Shown here piece after piece: positions 9,218-18,907 of a stretch of 64,000 nt of DNA. The stretch is from a virus (Duplodnaviria; Caudoviricetes). Positions within the stretch are counted from its first letter, which is position 1; each line of letters begins with the position of its first letter. Under the pieces are notes generated by a model. It ran no database searches and was not told the DNA's origin. It saw only the letters and a program-made list of their open reading frames with translations. The DNA is taken from the IMG/VR virus record IMGVR_UViG_3300037067_021792, one strand, 5' to 3'. A program made the position numbers and the translations under genes.

Positions 9218-10024
9218 TTGGATTGGTGCATCGGCGACATTCACGGATGTTTTTATACTCTACAAAGATTAATCGATAGAATAAGTAAAGTCGATTCAAG
9301 TGCTCGATTTATTTTTCTGGGTGATTATTTTGATAGAGGACTGCACTCTAACAAAGTCGTTGATTTATTAATTCAATTACAATCTGGCGGTGCGGTCTGC
9401 CTCAGGGGCAACCACGATGATGTGATTGATGAAATAATAAACGGCGGATCTTGCACGGTTGCTGTTTATTTTCCACAAAAACCACCAGAAATGCAACAAT
9501 TAATTGAATGGTGGAAATGTAATGGCTTCGACGAGACGGCCATAAGTTATGGCATGAAATCACATTTGTCTTTAGGTGCAAATTTAGATCAAGTAGGGAT
9601 TGAATTTCGTAAAAATATTCCAGATTCTCATAAAAAATTCGTAAAGGATGATCTTGTATTATGGTGGGAGAATAAAACCCATTTTGCGTGTCATGGTTAC
9701 TATCCCCCTCATTGGGGATTGGAAAATAATAGTCTGAATACTACTAGCCCTAATTTACAATTATTATACGCATCTTTATGGGATAGGTTTATGCAAGATG
9801 TGTCTGGGAATTTGCTTATACAAGATCACGTTTGGGACAAAATTGGAGTATTCGGTCACTCACCGGTAAAATGCTATAATTCGCCGACGCCAATCGCATC
9901 CGGAAAATTGCGATTAATAGATACCGGCGCATGCAGTAACGACTACCTTTGTGGATATTGCTGCCAAAATGATAATTGGATACTTCAATCGACTGAAAAA
10001 GAAGACATTCAGATGGAGTTTTGA
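9218..10024 (+). CDS. metallophosphoesterase (lambda phosphatase/PrpA-like Ser/Thr phosphatase)
   Basis: GDIHG, GDYFDRG, RGNHD, HG, FGHSP, IDTG. Confidence 0.9.
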   Translation: MDWCIGDIHGCFYTLQRLIDRISKVDSSARFIFLGDYFDRGLHSNKVVDLLIQLQSGGAVCLRGNHDDVIDEIINGGSCTVAVYFPQKPPEMQQLIEWWKCNGFDETAISYGMKSHLSLGANLDQVGIEFRKNIPDSHKKFVKDDLVLWWENKTHFACHGYYPPHWGLENNSLNTTSPNLQLLYASLWDRFMQDVSGNLLIQDHVWDKIGVFGHSPVKCYNSPTPIASGKLRLIDTGACSNDYLCGYCCQNDNWILQSTEKEDIQMEF

Positions 10025-10025
10025 A

Positions 10026-10892
10026 ATGGCATGCATTGAAAAGATTTATAGCGTTTCAGCAGTTGTGGGAACTGGCAAATGCAATGCAAATTGTTCATTC
10101 TGTGCCGGAAAATATCTGCGGTCGCAGTTTTGCGACGTGATGAAATATAATAAAAACCTCGAATCCGCTATAAAATTATCTGCAAGATATGGTGGATGGT
10201 CACTATCCCTTACTAGTTCCGGAGAACCTACGTGTGAGCCAGATGCGGTCACTAATGCGTTAAAAGTATACCAAAAATGCGCATATCAAGGCGCTTATTT
10301 CCCCAATGTAAACTTGTTTACAAATGGAATATTAATAGGCGATGATGTCTTCTGCAGAAGTTATTTACCAATTTGGAAAGAATTAGGTATGACAAATATC
10401 GCAGTTTCTATCCATAGCCCTATTCGGTATAGACAGGCAGAGGCATATAATATTTTTGAATATCCAGAATTTAGCCATATATTTAGTAATATTAGTGCGT
10501 ATGGGTTAGGTGTTAGGTGCACTCTTCTTTTAAGGAAAGGCGGAATTGATTGCGCCGATGAATACGCATGTGCTGTTGAACGACTGATTCGATATGGAGT
10601 TGACAATATCACATCATGGGCGATTGGAAATCCAGATGGGACTCGCAACAAATATACTCCATCGAGATTGGGTATGTGGGGGATTAAATGGTGGTTGAAT
10701 AGAAACGCCAAATTGTGTCATAGCCATTCGTGGGGCGGTGGAGTATTTGATTACAAAGGAAATATATTAAGGTTTACTGATTACGTAACTAAACATAATA
10801 GGCACAAGGATTTTGTTAGGCAATTAGTTGTATTTGGCGATGGAACGGTTGCTTACTCATGGATACGAGAGGGAGCACTATGCTTAAAATAA
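10026..10892 (+). CDS. radical SAM protein of unknown function
   Basis: CNANCSFC, SGEP, LFTNG; ATG at 10026 directly after the upstream stop. Confidence 0.85.
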   Translation: MACIEKIYSVSAVVGTGKCNANCSFCAGKYLRSQFCDVMKYNKNLESAIKLSARYGGWSLSLTSSGEPTCEPDAVTNALKVYQKCAYQGAYFPNVNLFTNGILIGDDVFCRSYLPIWKELGMTNIAVSIHSPIRYRQAEAYNIFEYPEFSHIFSNISAYGLGVRCTLLLRKGGIDCADEYACAVERLIRYGVDNITSWAIGNPDGTRNKYTPSRLGMWGIKWWLNRNAKLCHSHSWGGGVFDYKGNILRFTDYVTKHNRHKDFVRQLVVFGDGTVAYSWIREGALCLK

Positions 10893-10905
10893 AAGGGAGA
10901 ATAAA

Positions 10906-12075
10906 TTGAACACATCTATAGTGGGCTTGTTTTTCGGCGACGAGGCCAAAGGGAAAATTACTGATTTACTCTCATCCGACTACGATATTGTAGTTAGATA
11001 CTCGGGTGGCGCTAATGCTGGACATACAGTTCGATTTAATGATAAAACCTATAAATTACATCAATTACCGACCGGATATTTATCAGGCAAGGAAAGTGTA
11101 TTGGCCAATGGCATGGTTTTAAACCCAATTTCTCTGGCCAAGGAAATCCAAAATTATAAAACTTCCGCTCCGCTATTTATCAGCGATAGAGCACATGCTG
11201 TTATGCCTTGGCATATAGTATGTGATGCAAAACAGGGGGATGGAATAGGGACTACCAAGAAAGGCATAGGTCCATGCTATGCAGATAAGATGCACAGATG
11301 GAACGCAATTAGAATGGGGGATTTGGTTCGAAAACTAATCGATGCGAAATTTCAGAATTTTTTTGCTACTGACGAAATATTTCATGGAAACAAGTTGTGG
11401 ACAGATTATAAAACCGCTGCTGATATGCTGTATCCGTTTATTTGTGATACTGGCGAGAAGCTTCGTAAAGATGTAAAAGATGGCCGAAATATTCTTTTTG
11501 AGGGAGCGCAAGGTATCGGATTGGATGTCGATCATGGATTTTCATATCCATATGTTACAAGCTCTGGAGTTGGCCCATCTGCGATTCCTCAATCCTGTGG
11601 TTTGCCTAATCTTCATTTAGATCGTATTATAGGAGTCATGAAGTGTTATACCACCCGAGTCGGAGAAGGACCATTTCCTGGTGAACTTGGTATTATAAAT
11701 TCATATCATTTAGATCTAAGGTTTGCTCTATGCAAAGAAATTGCTGATCGTATTAGAGAAAAAGGCAACGAATATGGCACAACAACAGGACGGCCTCGAA
11801 GAATTGGATGGGTAGATTTCCGATTATTGAAATATGCCATTGATGTTACTGGAACAACAGAAATCGCCCTTATGCATGCGGATACATTATGCGGGATAGA
11901 TAGAATTGGGTTTATCGATACCGATGGTGAGTTGAAATATACACCTGGCTGGAATACAATAGAGGATCCGGCATTAATGAAATATATTGAAATAATTGAG
12001 GAAAAATCCGGAGTACCCGTGACAATATTAAGTTATGGTCCAGACAGAAACGACACGAAGTATCTTAACCTATGA
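10906..12075 (+). CDS. purA: adenylosuccinate synthetase
   Basis: FGDEAKGK, GGANAGHT, GTTKKGIGPCY, FEGAQG, YPYVTSS, EYGTTTGRPRRIGW. Confidence 0.95.
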   Translation: MNTSIVGLFFGDEAKGKITDLLSSDYDIVVRYSGGANAGHTVRFNDKTYKLHQLPTGYLSGKESVLANGMVLNPISLAKEIQNYKTSAPLFISDRAHAVMPWHIVCDAKQGDGIGTTKKGIGPCYADKMHRWNAIRMGDLVRKLIDAKFQNFFATDEIFHGNKLWTDYKTAADMLYPFICDTGEKLRKDVKDGRNILFEGAQGIGLDVDHGFSYPYVTSSGVGPSAIPQSCGLPNLHLDRIIGVMKCYTTRVGEGPFPGELGIINSYHLDLRFALCKEIADRIREKGNEYGTTTGRPRRIGWVDFRLLKYAIDVTGTTEIALMHADTLCGIDRIGFIDTDGELKYTPGWNTIEDPALMKYIEIIEEKSGVPVTILSYGPDRNDTKYLNL

Positions 12076-13052
12076 TAGTTAACAAAGTCATATCTCCAGT
12101 TGCATCGGCTCCTATTGGGTGGGTCGGCGGCAAGAGCAAAATGCGCCCGACAATTTATTCAATTATGCCAAAACATGAGTGCTACTGCGAAGTGTTTGGT
12201 GGCTCTTTTACAATATGGGCTGGCAAGCCGCCAAAAATGTCTAAACGAGAAGTAATTAATGATATAAATCTAAATCTCGTACACTTAATGAAAGTTATTG
12301 CCGGTGTTTATCCTTTTACGTCTGCCGATACCGATGAATTTATAAACTACGTTCGCACTATGCCATCGTCTAGGTCCTATTTTGTTGAAATACAAAAAAT
12401 TTCACAAGAAGAAATAGATAAAATGTCTCCTGCTATGAAGGCATTTCGATACTATTACTTAGTTAAGAACAGTTTTAGTTCGCAATCATCTGCCGGTTAT
12501 TCTATAAAACCTCGTAATAATATGAATTATGATTTTGAGCCATTAGTGGAAAGGTTTAGAGTTAATAATGCAATAATTGAGAGTCTTGATTTCCGTGAAT
12601 TTATTGAAAGATATAATAAAAATAATAGTGGAAAGGAATATGGTGGTGTGTTTTTTATAATGGACCCACCGTATTTTGTAGCTGATGATACAGGGTACTA
12701 TGAATTTACATTTGGAGCACAGGACCATAAAGATCTAAAAAAATACTGTGACAATATACACAACCTGGGGAATAAGTTCATGATTACGTATGATGATGTT
12801 CCAGAAGTATTGGAACTTTATCAAAATTACCACATTTTTAGAACAAGTCCAATGTTGTATTCTTCTGCCGCAGAATCTGGGAAAAGAGAAATAGAAGAGA
12901 GCGAACTTGTCGTGGTTAATTATGATGTATTTTCAGTAGTTCGAAAGCGAAATAAATGTGACTCATTTAAGAGTAAAACTTCTGAATGTGAAGATAATCA
13001 GATAATTATTCCAGATGGTTTGACGCTAACCTTGGTGGAGAAACAACAATGA
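12072..13052 (+). CDS. Dam-like (D12 class) N6-adenine DNA methyltransferase
   Basis: WVGGKS, EVFGGS, INDIN, DPPY. Confidence 0.9.
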   Translation: MIVNKVISPVASAPIGWVGGKSKMRPTIYSIMPKHECYCEVFGGSFTIWAGKPPKMSKREVINDINLNLVHLMKVIAGVYPFTSADTDEFINYVRTMPSSRSYFVEIQKISQEEIDKMSPAMKAFRYYYLVKNSFSSQSSAGYSIKPRNNMNYDFEPLVERFRVNNAIIESLDFREFIERYNKNNSGKEYGGVFFIMDPPYFVADDTGYYEFTFGAQDHKDLKKYCDNIHNLGNKFMITYDDVPEVLELYQNYHIFRTSPMLYSSAAESGKREIEESELVVVNYDVFSVVRKRNKCDSFKSKTSECEDNQIIIPDGLTLTLVEKQQ

Positions 13053-13270
13053 ACGAAGAGACAAAGGGAATGGTCGAGGCACAATTATCTGCTGGAGCCA
13101 TATCTATTGAAGAATTAAAAGAGATACAAAAAGAGAATCGGCATGTCGCTGCCGGTCGATATATTGAATTGAACGACGTTGATTTTATAAAAGTTCGACG
13201 CTGTGTTTACTGTAGAGGATCTGGGGATGAAGATATTTTTAATCTTCTGGGGGGATGGAGTGAAAATTAG
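13049..13270 (+). CDS. hypothetical protein
   Basis: 73-aa ORF overlapping the upstream stop, GGAG RBS, CVYC motif. Confidence 0.5.
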   Translation: MNEETKGMVEAQLSAGAISIEELKEIQKENRHVAAGRYIELNDVDFIKVRRCVYCRGSGDEDIFNLLGGWSEN

Positions 13271-13672
13271 AGGTCACGATCCGGTTCATAATTTTACTAA
13301 GCGCACATCTGGCACTGTATATGGAGAAACTGATCCAGGATTTTCTGGCGGGGGTTCTACTGAAAGATATCCCACATCGATTCTGTATTTTCCTGTTGTA
13401 AATAACGATTCTCCACAAAAGATACATCCTAATCAAAAACCAGTAGAACTATTTGAATATCTTATCAGAACGTACACTAATCAAGGAGATATTGTTCTAG
13501 ATAACTGTATAGGAAGCGGCACAACTGCCGTTGCCTGAACAGTAAAAGAGTGTTTGTGGGGATAGAAAAAGAAATATCATTCTGTGAATCCGCAATTGCC
13601 CGAATTGAGACATTTCGTCGAGCAAAACGAATAAACGAAATTAAATTTGATGTGGGAGGTACCGATGGCTAA
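13260..13672 (+). pseudogene. N6/N4 DNA methyltransferase remnant (C-terminal half, frameshifted)
   Basis: HPNQKPVELFEYLI..YT..GDIVLDNCIGSGTTAVA then TGA; the shifted frame continues LNSKRVFVGIEKEISFCESAIARIE; no N-terminal DPPY half. Confidence 0.85.
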
Positions 13673-14375
13673 TGTCGCAGTCCATTTGGATGATTGGATC
13701 AAAAGAGATAGGCAGGGGTTTAATCGCAAAGAGCATCTGATATCAGATGCTCTAGTTAATTTTACAACGGGCATGTTAAACAAAGTTGATGAAAGCACTC
13801 GCAGAGATGTTTTTTACATGCTAGTATTCTGCCTTTTGGTTCCTCAGAGCAGGCAGTCTGAGGCCGAGAAGGTGTGCGATAAATTGCGAACTTTGAAATA
13901 TTATGAGGAAGATATACCTATAAAACAGCTGTCAGAAATATTGCGGGGTAAAGTTCGATTTCATAATCGGAAGTCGGAATATATATGGAAGTCCCGAGAA
14001 AAATTCTATCGTACCGATTTTTGGAAAATTTTAAAACAAAAATCTGAAGAATATCATAAATCAGAGAAAGATGTCAGATACAGAGTGCTGCTTCGTGCTC
14101 GGACATGGCTCATAGGTGAAATTAACGGTATGTCTTTTAAGCTGGCTAGTCATTTCCTCAGGAATATAGGTATGCGAGGATTGGCCATTCTTGATGTGCA
14201 TATATTAAGATCCATGCAAGAGCGAGGATTAATAGAAAATTACTCGCCTTTGACTCGTGACAAATACTATAATATTGAGAAGAAACTGCAAGATTATGCT
14301 AAAGCATTAGAAGTAGGGATAGACGAACTAGACCAATTGTTTTGGAGTAATGCAACGGGGTATGTCGGAAAATAA
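13665..14375 (+). CDS. ogg: OGG2-type 8-oxoguanine DNA glycosylase/lyase (HhH family)
   Basis: VFCLL, RFHNRK, GMSFKLASHFLRNIG, AILDVHILR, YYNIE, ELDQLFW; GGAGGT RBS before ATG 13665. Confidence 0.85.
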   Translation: MANVAVHLDDWIKRDRQGFNRKEHLISDALVNFTTGMLNKVDESTRRDVFYMLVFCLLVPQSRQSEAEKVCDKLRTLKYYEEDIPIKQLSEILRGKVRFHNRKSEYIWKSREKFYRTDFWKILKQKSEEYHKSEKDVRYRVLLRARTWLIGEINGMSFKLASHFLRNIGMRGLAILDVHILRSMQERGLIENYSPLTRDKYYNIEKKLQDYAKALEVGIDELDQLFWSNATGYVGK

Positions 14376-14388
14376 ACGGGAGCGACAA

Positions 14389-14757
14389 ATGATGGAGAAC
14401 TTTTTAAGTCGTGTTTTAACTCGGTATCGAAGTGCAGTGCAAGAGCAACAAGCATTCGAGGCAGAGCAAAAAACAAAGGACGAAGCAGAGAAAGAGAAGG
14501 AAAAAACAGCCGAGCGAGATAGAATTAATTCCTTAGTAGAAAAATATGGGGATTTAATTTGGGAAGCATCCAACAATGGATATTGTCTAATTCATGTTAT
14601 AATAAGCAACGACCCTATATATGAAATAGTAAAACAAGAATTCTTAGATATGGGATTCATGGCAAGTATTAACACTTTAGACAGCGGAGATGATTGGGGA
14701 GACGTAATATCAACAACATGGCTAAATATTAGATGGGACAACATTGGAACGAAGTAA
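14389..14757 (+). CDS. hypothetical protein with N-terminal coiled coil
   Basis: GGGAG RBS before ATG 14389; charged helical region. Confidence 0.55.
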   Translation: MMENFLSRVLTRYRSAVQEQQAFEAEQKTKDEAEKEKEKTAERDRINSLVEKYGDLIWEASNNGYCLIHVIISNDPIYEIVKQEFLDMGFMASINTLDSGDDWGDVISTTWLNIRWDNIGTK

Positions 14758-15694
14758 TTGTCACATATGTCCACACAATTGTAGCCTATTACCTGGCGAG
14801 ACAGGTAAATGTCTTGTTAGACAAAATGTTGGCGGCAGGATAATTCCCATATACGAGGGTGAATGTACCTTGTTGGCAACCGAGCCAATCGAGAAGCGCC
14901 CTCTTTTTCATTTTTTGCCAGGTGAAGATTTTCTTGCAGTTGGCCTACTAGGATGTTCGCTGGCCTGCAAATTTTGCCAAACTTTTGAAATTTCACAGTC
15001 AGTTCAATCAGAAACAACCCACCGATCTCCAAGGGAATTGATAGATTTGGCTCTATCTAAACAGGTCTCAGGTATTGCATTTACATTCAATGAACCTACC
15101 ATTCACTATGAATATATCATGGAAGTAGCCAATGGAGTAAAGAATACAGACCTTAAAATTGTGATCAAATCCAATGGTTTCATAAACAAACATATTCTTG
15201 ATGATTTAGACATGGCGACGGATGCGTGGAATATTGATCTAAAAGGCGATCATATTGCGTATGAGTCGATATGTTCAGGGTCTATTCAGCCTGTTCTTGC
15301 GACAGTAGAATCTTTAATTGGTAAAGGTAGTCATCTAGAGATTAGCTATCTAGTGCTTCCAGAACAAATTGATAATATGCAACATCATACATTGATGCGA
15401 GATTGGCTATCTAATTTATCTACATCTATCCCAATTCACTTGATTTATTTCTATCCATTTTATCAAAAGCAAGAGGGTAGATATAATCCTGGGCAATTAT
15501 TGGTTATTCGGGATTTGTTTGCCCAAAAATTGGATTATGTGTATATATCAAATATATTTAATTCTGAGATAAAATATTACAGGGATACTCGGTGCTCAGT
15601 GTGTGATAATGTTTTGATTTCTCGGCAATCAGGGGCTAGGATTCAACAATTAGATTGTTGTGGTGTATCTCTTGCAGGTATATTCAGAAAATAA
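14744..15694 (+). CDS. amrS: AmmeMemoRadiSam system radical SAM enzyme
   Basis: CHICPHNC..GKCLVRQN, PIEKRPLFHFLPG, GCSLACKFCQTFEISQ, FTFNEP, NIDLKG. Confidence 0.88.
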   Translation: MERSNCHICPHNCSLLPGETGKCLVRQNVGGRIIPIYEGECTLLATEPIEKRPLFHFLPGEDFLAVGLLGCSLACKFCQTFEISQSVQSETTHRSPRELIDLALSKQVSGIAFTFNEPTIHYEYIMEVANGVKNTDLKIVIKSNGFINKHILDDLDMATDAWNIDLKGDHIAYESICSGSIQPVLATVESLIGKGSHLEISYLVLPEQIDNMQHHTLMRDWLSNLSTSIPIHLIYFYPFYQKQEGRYNPGQLLVIRDLFAQKLDYVYISNIFNSEIKYYRDTRCSVCDNVLISRQSGARIQQLDCCGVSLAGIFRK

Positions 15695-15734
15695 TTGTAT
15701 AATAATACGGTTCAGTAATAAAGGAGATACAGTT

Positions 15735-16058
15735 ATGGCAGAAGCACCTAACACTGCCGCTCAGATTAATGCACAATTTTTAGAGTGGCTACAAAGCATG
15801 CCGGAGTTGTTCGGCAAATTCCTTGAGATTGCCAAGGAATGGTATAGGTTACAGAACACTGCTCCAGGGGCAGTGAAACCCGCTGCGGGTCCAGAGCATT
15901 TTCAAATTGGTGGCACTGTTACGATTCAAACTGGTGGAGGCATTTCCGATGAGGATATTAATGCCGTCTATCAAGGGTATGCAGAAGCCATCCAAAAAGA
16001 AAAGGCGATTGAATACATCAAAGGTTTCATAGCCGGATTCATGATGAGAGGTGCATAA
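15735..16058 (+). CDS. hypothetical protein
   Basis: AAGGAG RBS before ATG 15735; GTATAAT at 15697-15703 upstream. Confidence 0.65.
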   Translation: MAEAPNTAAQINAQFLEWLQSMPELFGKFLEIAKEWYRLQNTAPGAVKPAAGPEHFQIGGTVTIQTGGGISDEDINAVYQGYAEAIQKEKAIEYIKGFIAGFMMRGA

Positions 16059-16059
16059 T

Positions 16060-16488
16060 ATGAGAAATTATATAATTATTTCAGCTATTTTTAGTATGGT
16101 AGTAATGTTAGGATGCACAGCTCCTACTCAGCCCATTGCTGCAGATGCTCTCAGCCGCGGTGTGTCTGGGTTTAATAAGACGTTCGATGATATGGGACGC
16201 GTAGCAAAACAAGAAGTTCTTAATTCCACTGCTAACAAAGTCAATTCAGCAGTTGAAAAGCAAGACTCCAAATCGGCGGCAGCTGCATTACAGGAAGGAT
16301 TTAATAAACGCGATGATATTGAGTGGCTATATATACAAAAAGAGCGATCCATGGCGTTTATTCGCGTGGGACAAGAATTTGTTTGGTCCCAGAAGGGCAT
16401 ATTAAACATAATATGGGATGATTGGCAGAAGGCAAAAGAAAACGTTGAAGAGCCCACCAGTCAGCCATCTACCCAACCATCTAATTAA
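16060..16488 (+). CDS. putative lipoprotein
   Basis: Signal MRNYIIISAIFSMVVMLG-C with lipobox; C-terminal PTSQPSTQPSN. Confidence 0.7.
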   Translation: MRNYIIISAIFSMVVMLGCTAPTQPIAADALSRGVSGFNKTFDDMGRVAKQEVLNSTANKVNSAVEKQDSKSAAAALQEGFNKRDDIEWLYIQKERSMAFIRVGQEFVWSQKGILNIIWDDWQKAKENVEEPTSQPSTQPSN

Positions 16489-16502
16489 TTTCGGATAGAG
16501 GT

Positions 16503-16547
16503 CACAAAAGAATCTCGCGATTATTGATGTCGCGGGATTCTTTTGTG
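16503..16547. terminator. bidirectional intrinsic terminator-like hairpin
   Basis: CACAAAAGAATCTCGCGA / TCGCGGGATTCTTTTGTG 18-bp inverted repeat (one G-U), A/T tracts on both sides. Confidence 0.75.
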
Positions 16548-16554
16548 GTATAAT
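16546..16554 (+). promoter_or_regulatory. extended -10 promoter at the start of the glycan island
   Basis: TGGTATAAT ending 5 nt before ATG 16560, with no RBS (leaderless-like). Confidence 0.55.
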
Positions 16555-16559
16555 GAATT

Positions 16560-16811
16560 ATGCCGTCTAAATCTTTGATTATTGAAGATGGGTACTTGAT
16601 TAATACCTGCAAATATAGACAGAGCGAATGCTGTAAGTACATTGTGGCCTTTCCGACGGGAGACGACGGGGCGGTAGAGTTTTTTTGTGTAAAAAATATT
16701 CCTGATCTAAGAAAAGTTATTGACAACCAATCCCAAATGAATGCCAAAGGGGACAATTGCGAAGGATTGATTTATGCGCCGCGGCAAAGCCCTGAGGGAA
16801 CATCGGAGTAA
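16560..16811 (+). CDS. small Cys-rich hypothetical protein
   Basis: 83 aa, CKY..ECCKY..FFC..NCEG. Confidence 0.6.
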   Translation: MPSKSLIIEDGYLINTCKYRQSECCKYIVAFPTGDDGAVEFFCVKNIPDLRKVIDNQSQMNAKGDNCEGLIYAPRQSPEGTSE

Positions 16812-18162
16812 ATTATTAGCTCGTCGCAAGGTTTTGTCTATTGCTGAAAGGCGCAGGATCTCGCAAGATAAGGCAGACAAGCGCAAACGATCTCATGTAG
16901 TTAATGCACCTTCCTATCATGGTTCGAACGTTCAATCTAATGATTCAATTGGACAATCGGATCGGCGAGTAATAAAAAATCGATCTCGACTAGAACAACA
17001 AAAAAGAAGAATAGCAAATAAGACTTCGAAATCTAGAATCTCGCAAGTTGCAATTCTGCCGTCATCATCTCCTTTAAAATTAGAATTCAAGCATTACAAT
17101 GACTATACTCCCAATAAACACATTAATATATGCCACGTCATAGAAAGTTTTGGCATGGGAGGTGCCCAAACCATGATGATGGAGTTGTTCAACGGACTAA
17201 ACAAATATTTTGGGGAATTTACAACTAATCATTTGGTAGGTATTACCAGAAATGGGAAAATTGCTCTTGCAAAAACCCTTGTCAATTCATATGGGTGCAA
17301 AGCAAACATGGTGGAGTCTCAAAATTTTCATCAATATTTAACCGAAAATTGTGTGGATGTGGTTCTTCATCATAGAATTGCGGTTTCGTCCTGTTTAAAA
17401 AAATATATTCCAGAGAAATGTAAATATGTTTTATTGAATCATACATGGAATAGTATGAATAGGGTTAGGGGGTTTACTCAATGTGACGCATATGTTTCTG
17501 TATGCAAATTTTTACACGATAGAACGATTTGGTTGGATGCCATCCATCCGACTAGAAGAATAATCATTTTGAATGGAATCGAAAATGATTATATTAGTAG
17601 TATAGAACCATTTGGGTTGTCGGGCGAATTTAAAACTGGCAGGTGCCACAGATTAGTTTCTGGGAAATTCAGGATAGATTCTCTTTCATGGATGGACAAA
17701 AAAATACACAAAATAGTTCCAGGATTTTCACACCATTTGTTGGGTTCAAACAAAGAAGCCAGACTAATGTCGCCTAAATATAAATCGTGGCTTACTTATC
17801 ACGGTCCTATAGAAGATCGGAATATGAAAATGTCAATTATTAAAGACCTAGATATTTATTTTTATGAAACCTTTAGTGACGAAGGAGCTAGCGTGGCGAT
17901 ACTTGAGTCCCTTGCTGCTGGTGTCCCTGTTCTTTGTAAGAAGTACGGCGGCTGCTCAGAACTCGTCGTGGAGGGAGAAAATGGATTTTTATGCAGAGAT
18001 AGGGACATATTTTGTCTTAGAATATCTCAGTTGGCGAAAAATTCAAAATATTTGGAGGAAATACGTGAAAAAACAGCAAAAGATTTTGATGCCCGACTGC
18101 ATGTTAGGCATACTGCCTGCAAATATGCACAATTATTTGAGTCCGTCGTAGATGCTAAATAA
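16774..18162 (+). CDS. GT4-family glycosyltransferase with Arg/Lys-rich N-terminal extension
   Basis: ICHVIESFGMGGAQ, ILNGIE, EGASVAILESLAAGVPV, ELVVEGENGFL. Confidence 0.88.
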   Translation: MRRGKALREHRSKLLARRKVLSIAERRRISQDKADKRKRSHVVNAPSYHGSNVQSNDSIGQSDRRVIKNRSRLEQQKRRIANKTSKSRISQVAILPSSSPLKLEFKHYNDYTPNKHINICHVIESFGMGGAQTMMMELFNGLNKYFGEFTTNHLVGITRNGKIALAKTLVNSYGCKANMVESQNFHQYLTENCVDVVLHHRIAVSSCLKKYIPEKCKYVLLNHTWNSMNRVRGFTQCDAYVSVCKFLHDRTIWLDAIHPTRRIIILNGIENDYISSIEPFGLSGEFKTGRCHRLVSGKFRIDSLSWMDKKIHKIVPGFSHHLLGSNKEARLMSPKYKSWLTYHGPIEDRNMKMSIIKDLDIYFYETFSDEGASVAILESLAAGVPVLCKKYGGCSELVVEGENGFLCRDRDIFCLRISQLAKNSKYLEEIREKTAKDFDARLHVRHTACKYAQLFESVVDAK

Positions 18163-18907
18163 GAATCCTAAATTTTCTATAATAACTGCTTGCTATAATA
18201 GTCATAAATATCTTCGAGATTGCGTGCGCAGTGTGATGTCTCAAAAATATTCTAATATAGAATGGATTATTGTGGATGATTGTAGTTCTGATGGTTCGGG
18301 TGATATTTTGAGAAAGTTTAACGATGATAGAATAAAGGTTCTTTTCAATAGTAGTCGCATGTTCTGCTCGTCTGCATATGCAAAAGCTCTAGAACATGCA
18401 TCTGGCGAAATATGCGGTGTTTTGGACGCAGATGATGCGATAGATAATAATGCTGTGGAAATTATTGTTCAGAAGTATATTGAGCATCCAGAGGTAGATT
18501 TTATTTATACTCAACATTATTGGTGCGATATTAAACTAAGACCAATACGTGGTGGAATCTCCTCTTTGCCGACTAAGGGACATTCTTTGGTTAGTGCCGC
18601 TATAGGGTCTAAAAAACATTGCTTTTCGCATTGGCGAACTTTTAGAAAATCAATTGCAAGTGCATCGGAGATTTTTCCGGAAGGATTAAAATATGCAGTT
18701 GATAAGAATATGGGGTTTGTTCTAGAGGAATTGGGACAAGGAGCTTTTTTGAACAAAAAACTATATTTATACAGGTATTATAATGGCAATATGTCCCTGC
18801 TAAATGCAAAGGACCAAAAATCAACGTGGTTAAAAATTGCCCACGAAATGAACAATAAAAGGAATAAAAACGGAGTTAGAGTAAGAAATATTCAGAGAAT
18901 ATCATGA
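18152..18907 (+). CDS. GT2-family glycosyltransferase (paralogue set A)
   Basis: SIITACYN, IVDDCSSDGS, LDADD, FSHWRTF, AVDK. Confidence 0.9.
   Translation: MLNKNPKFSIITACYNSHKYLRDCVRSVMSQKYSNIEWIIVDDCSSDGSGDILRKFNDDRIKVLFNSSRMFCSSAYAKALEHASGEICGVLDADDAIDNNAVEIIVQKYIEHPEVDFIYTQHYWCDIKLRPIRGGISSLPTKGHSLVSAAIGSKKHCFSHWRTFRKSIASASEIFPEGLKYAVDKNMGFVLEELGQGAFLNKKLYLYRYYNGNMSLLNAKDQKSTWLKIAHEMNNKRNKNGVRVRNIQRIS

Noticed and set aside
10906-12075. PurZ (diaminopurine Z-genome) instead of PurA
   Set aside because: Keeps the PurA catalytic Asp in GDEAKG (PurZ has Ser, GSTGKG) and TTGRPRR; no datZ/mazZ-like neighbours
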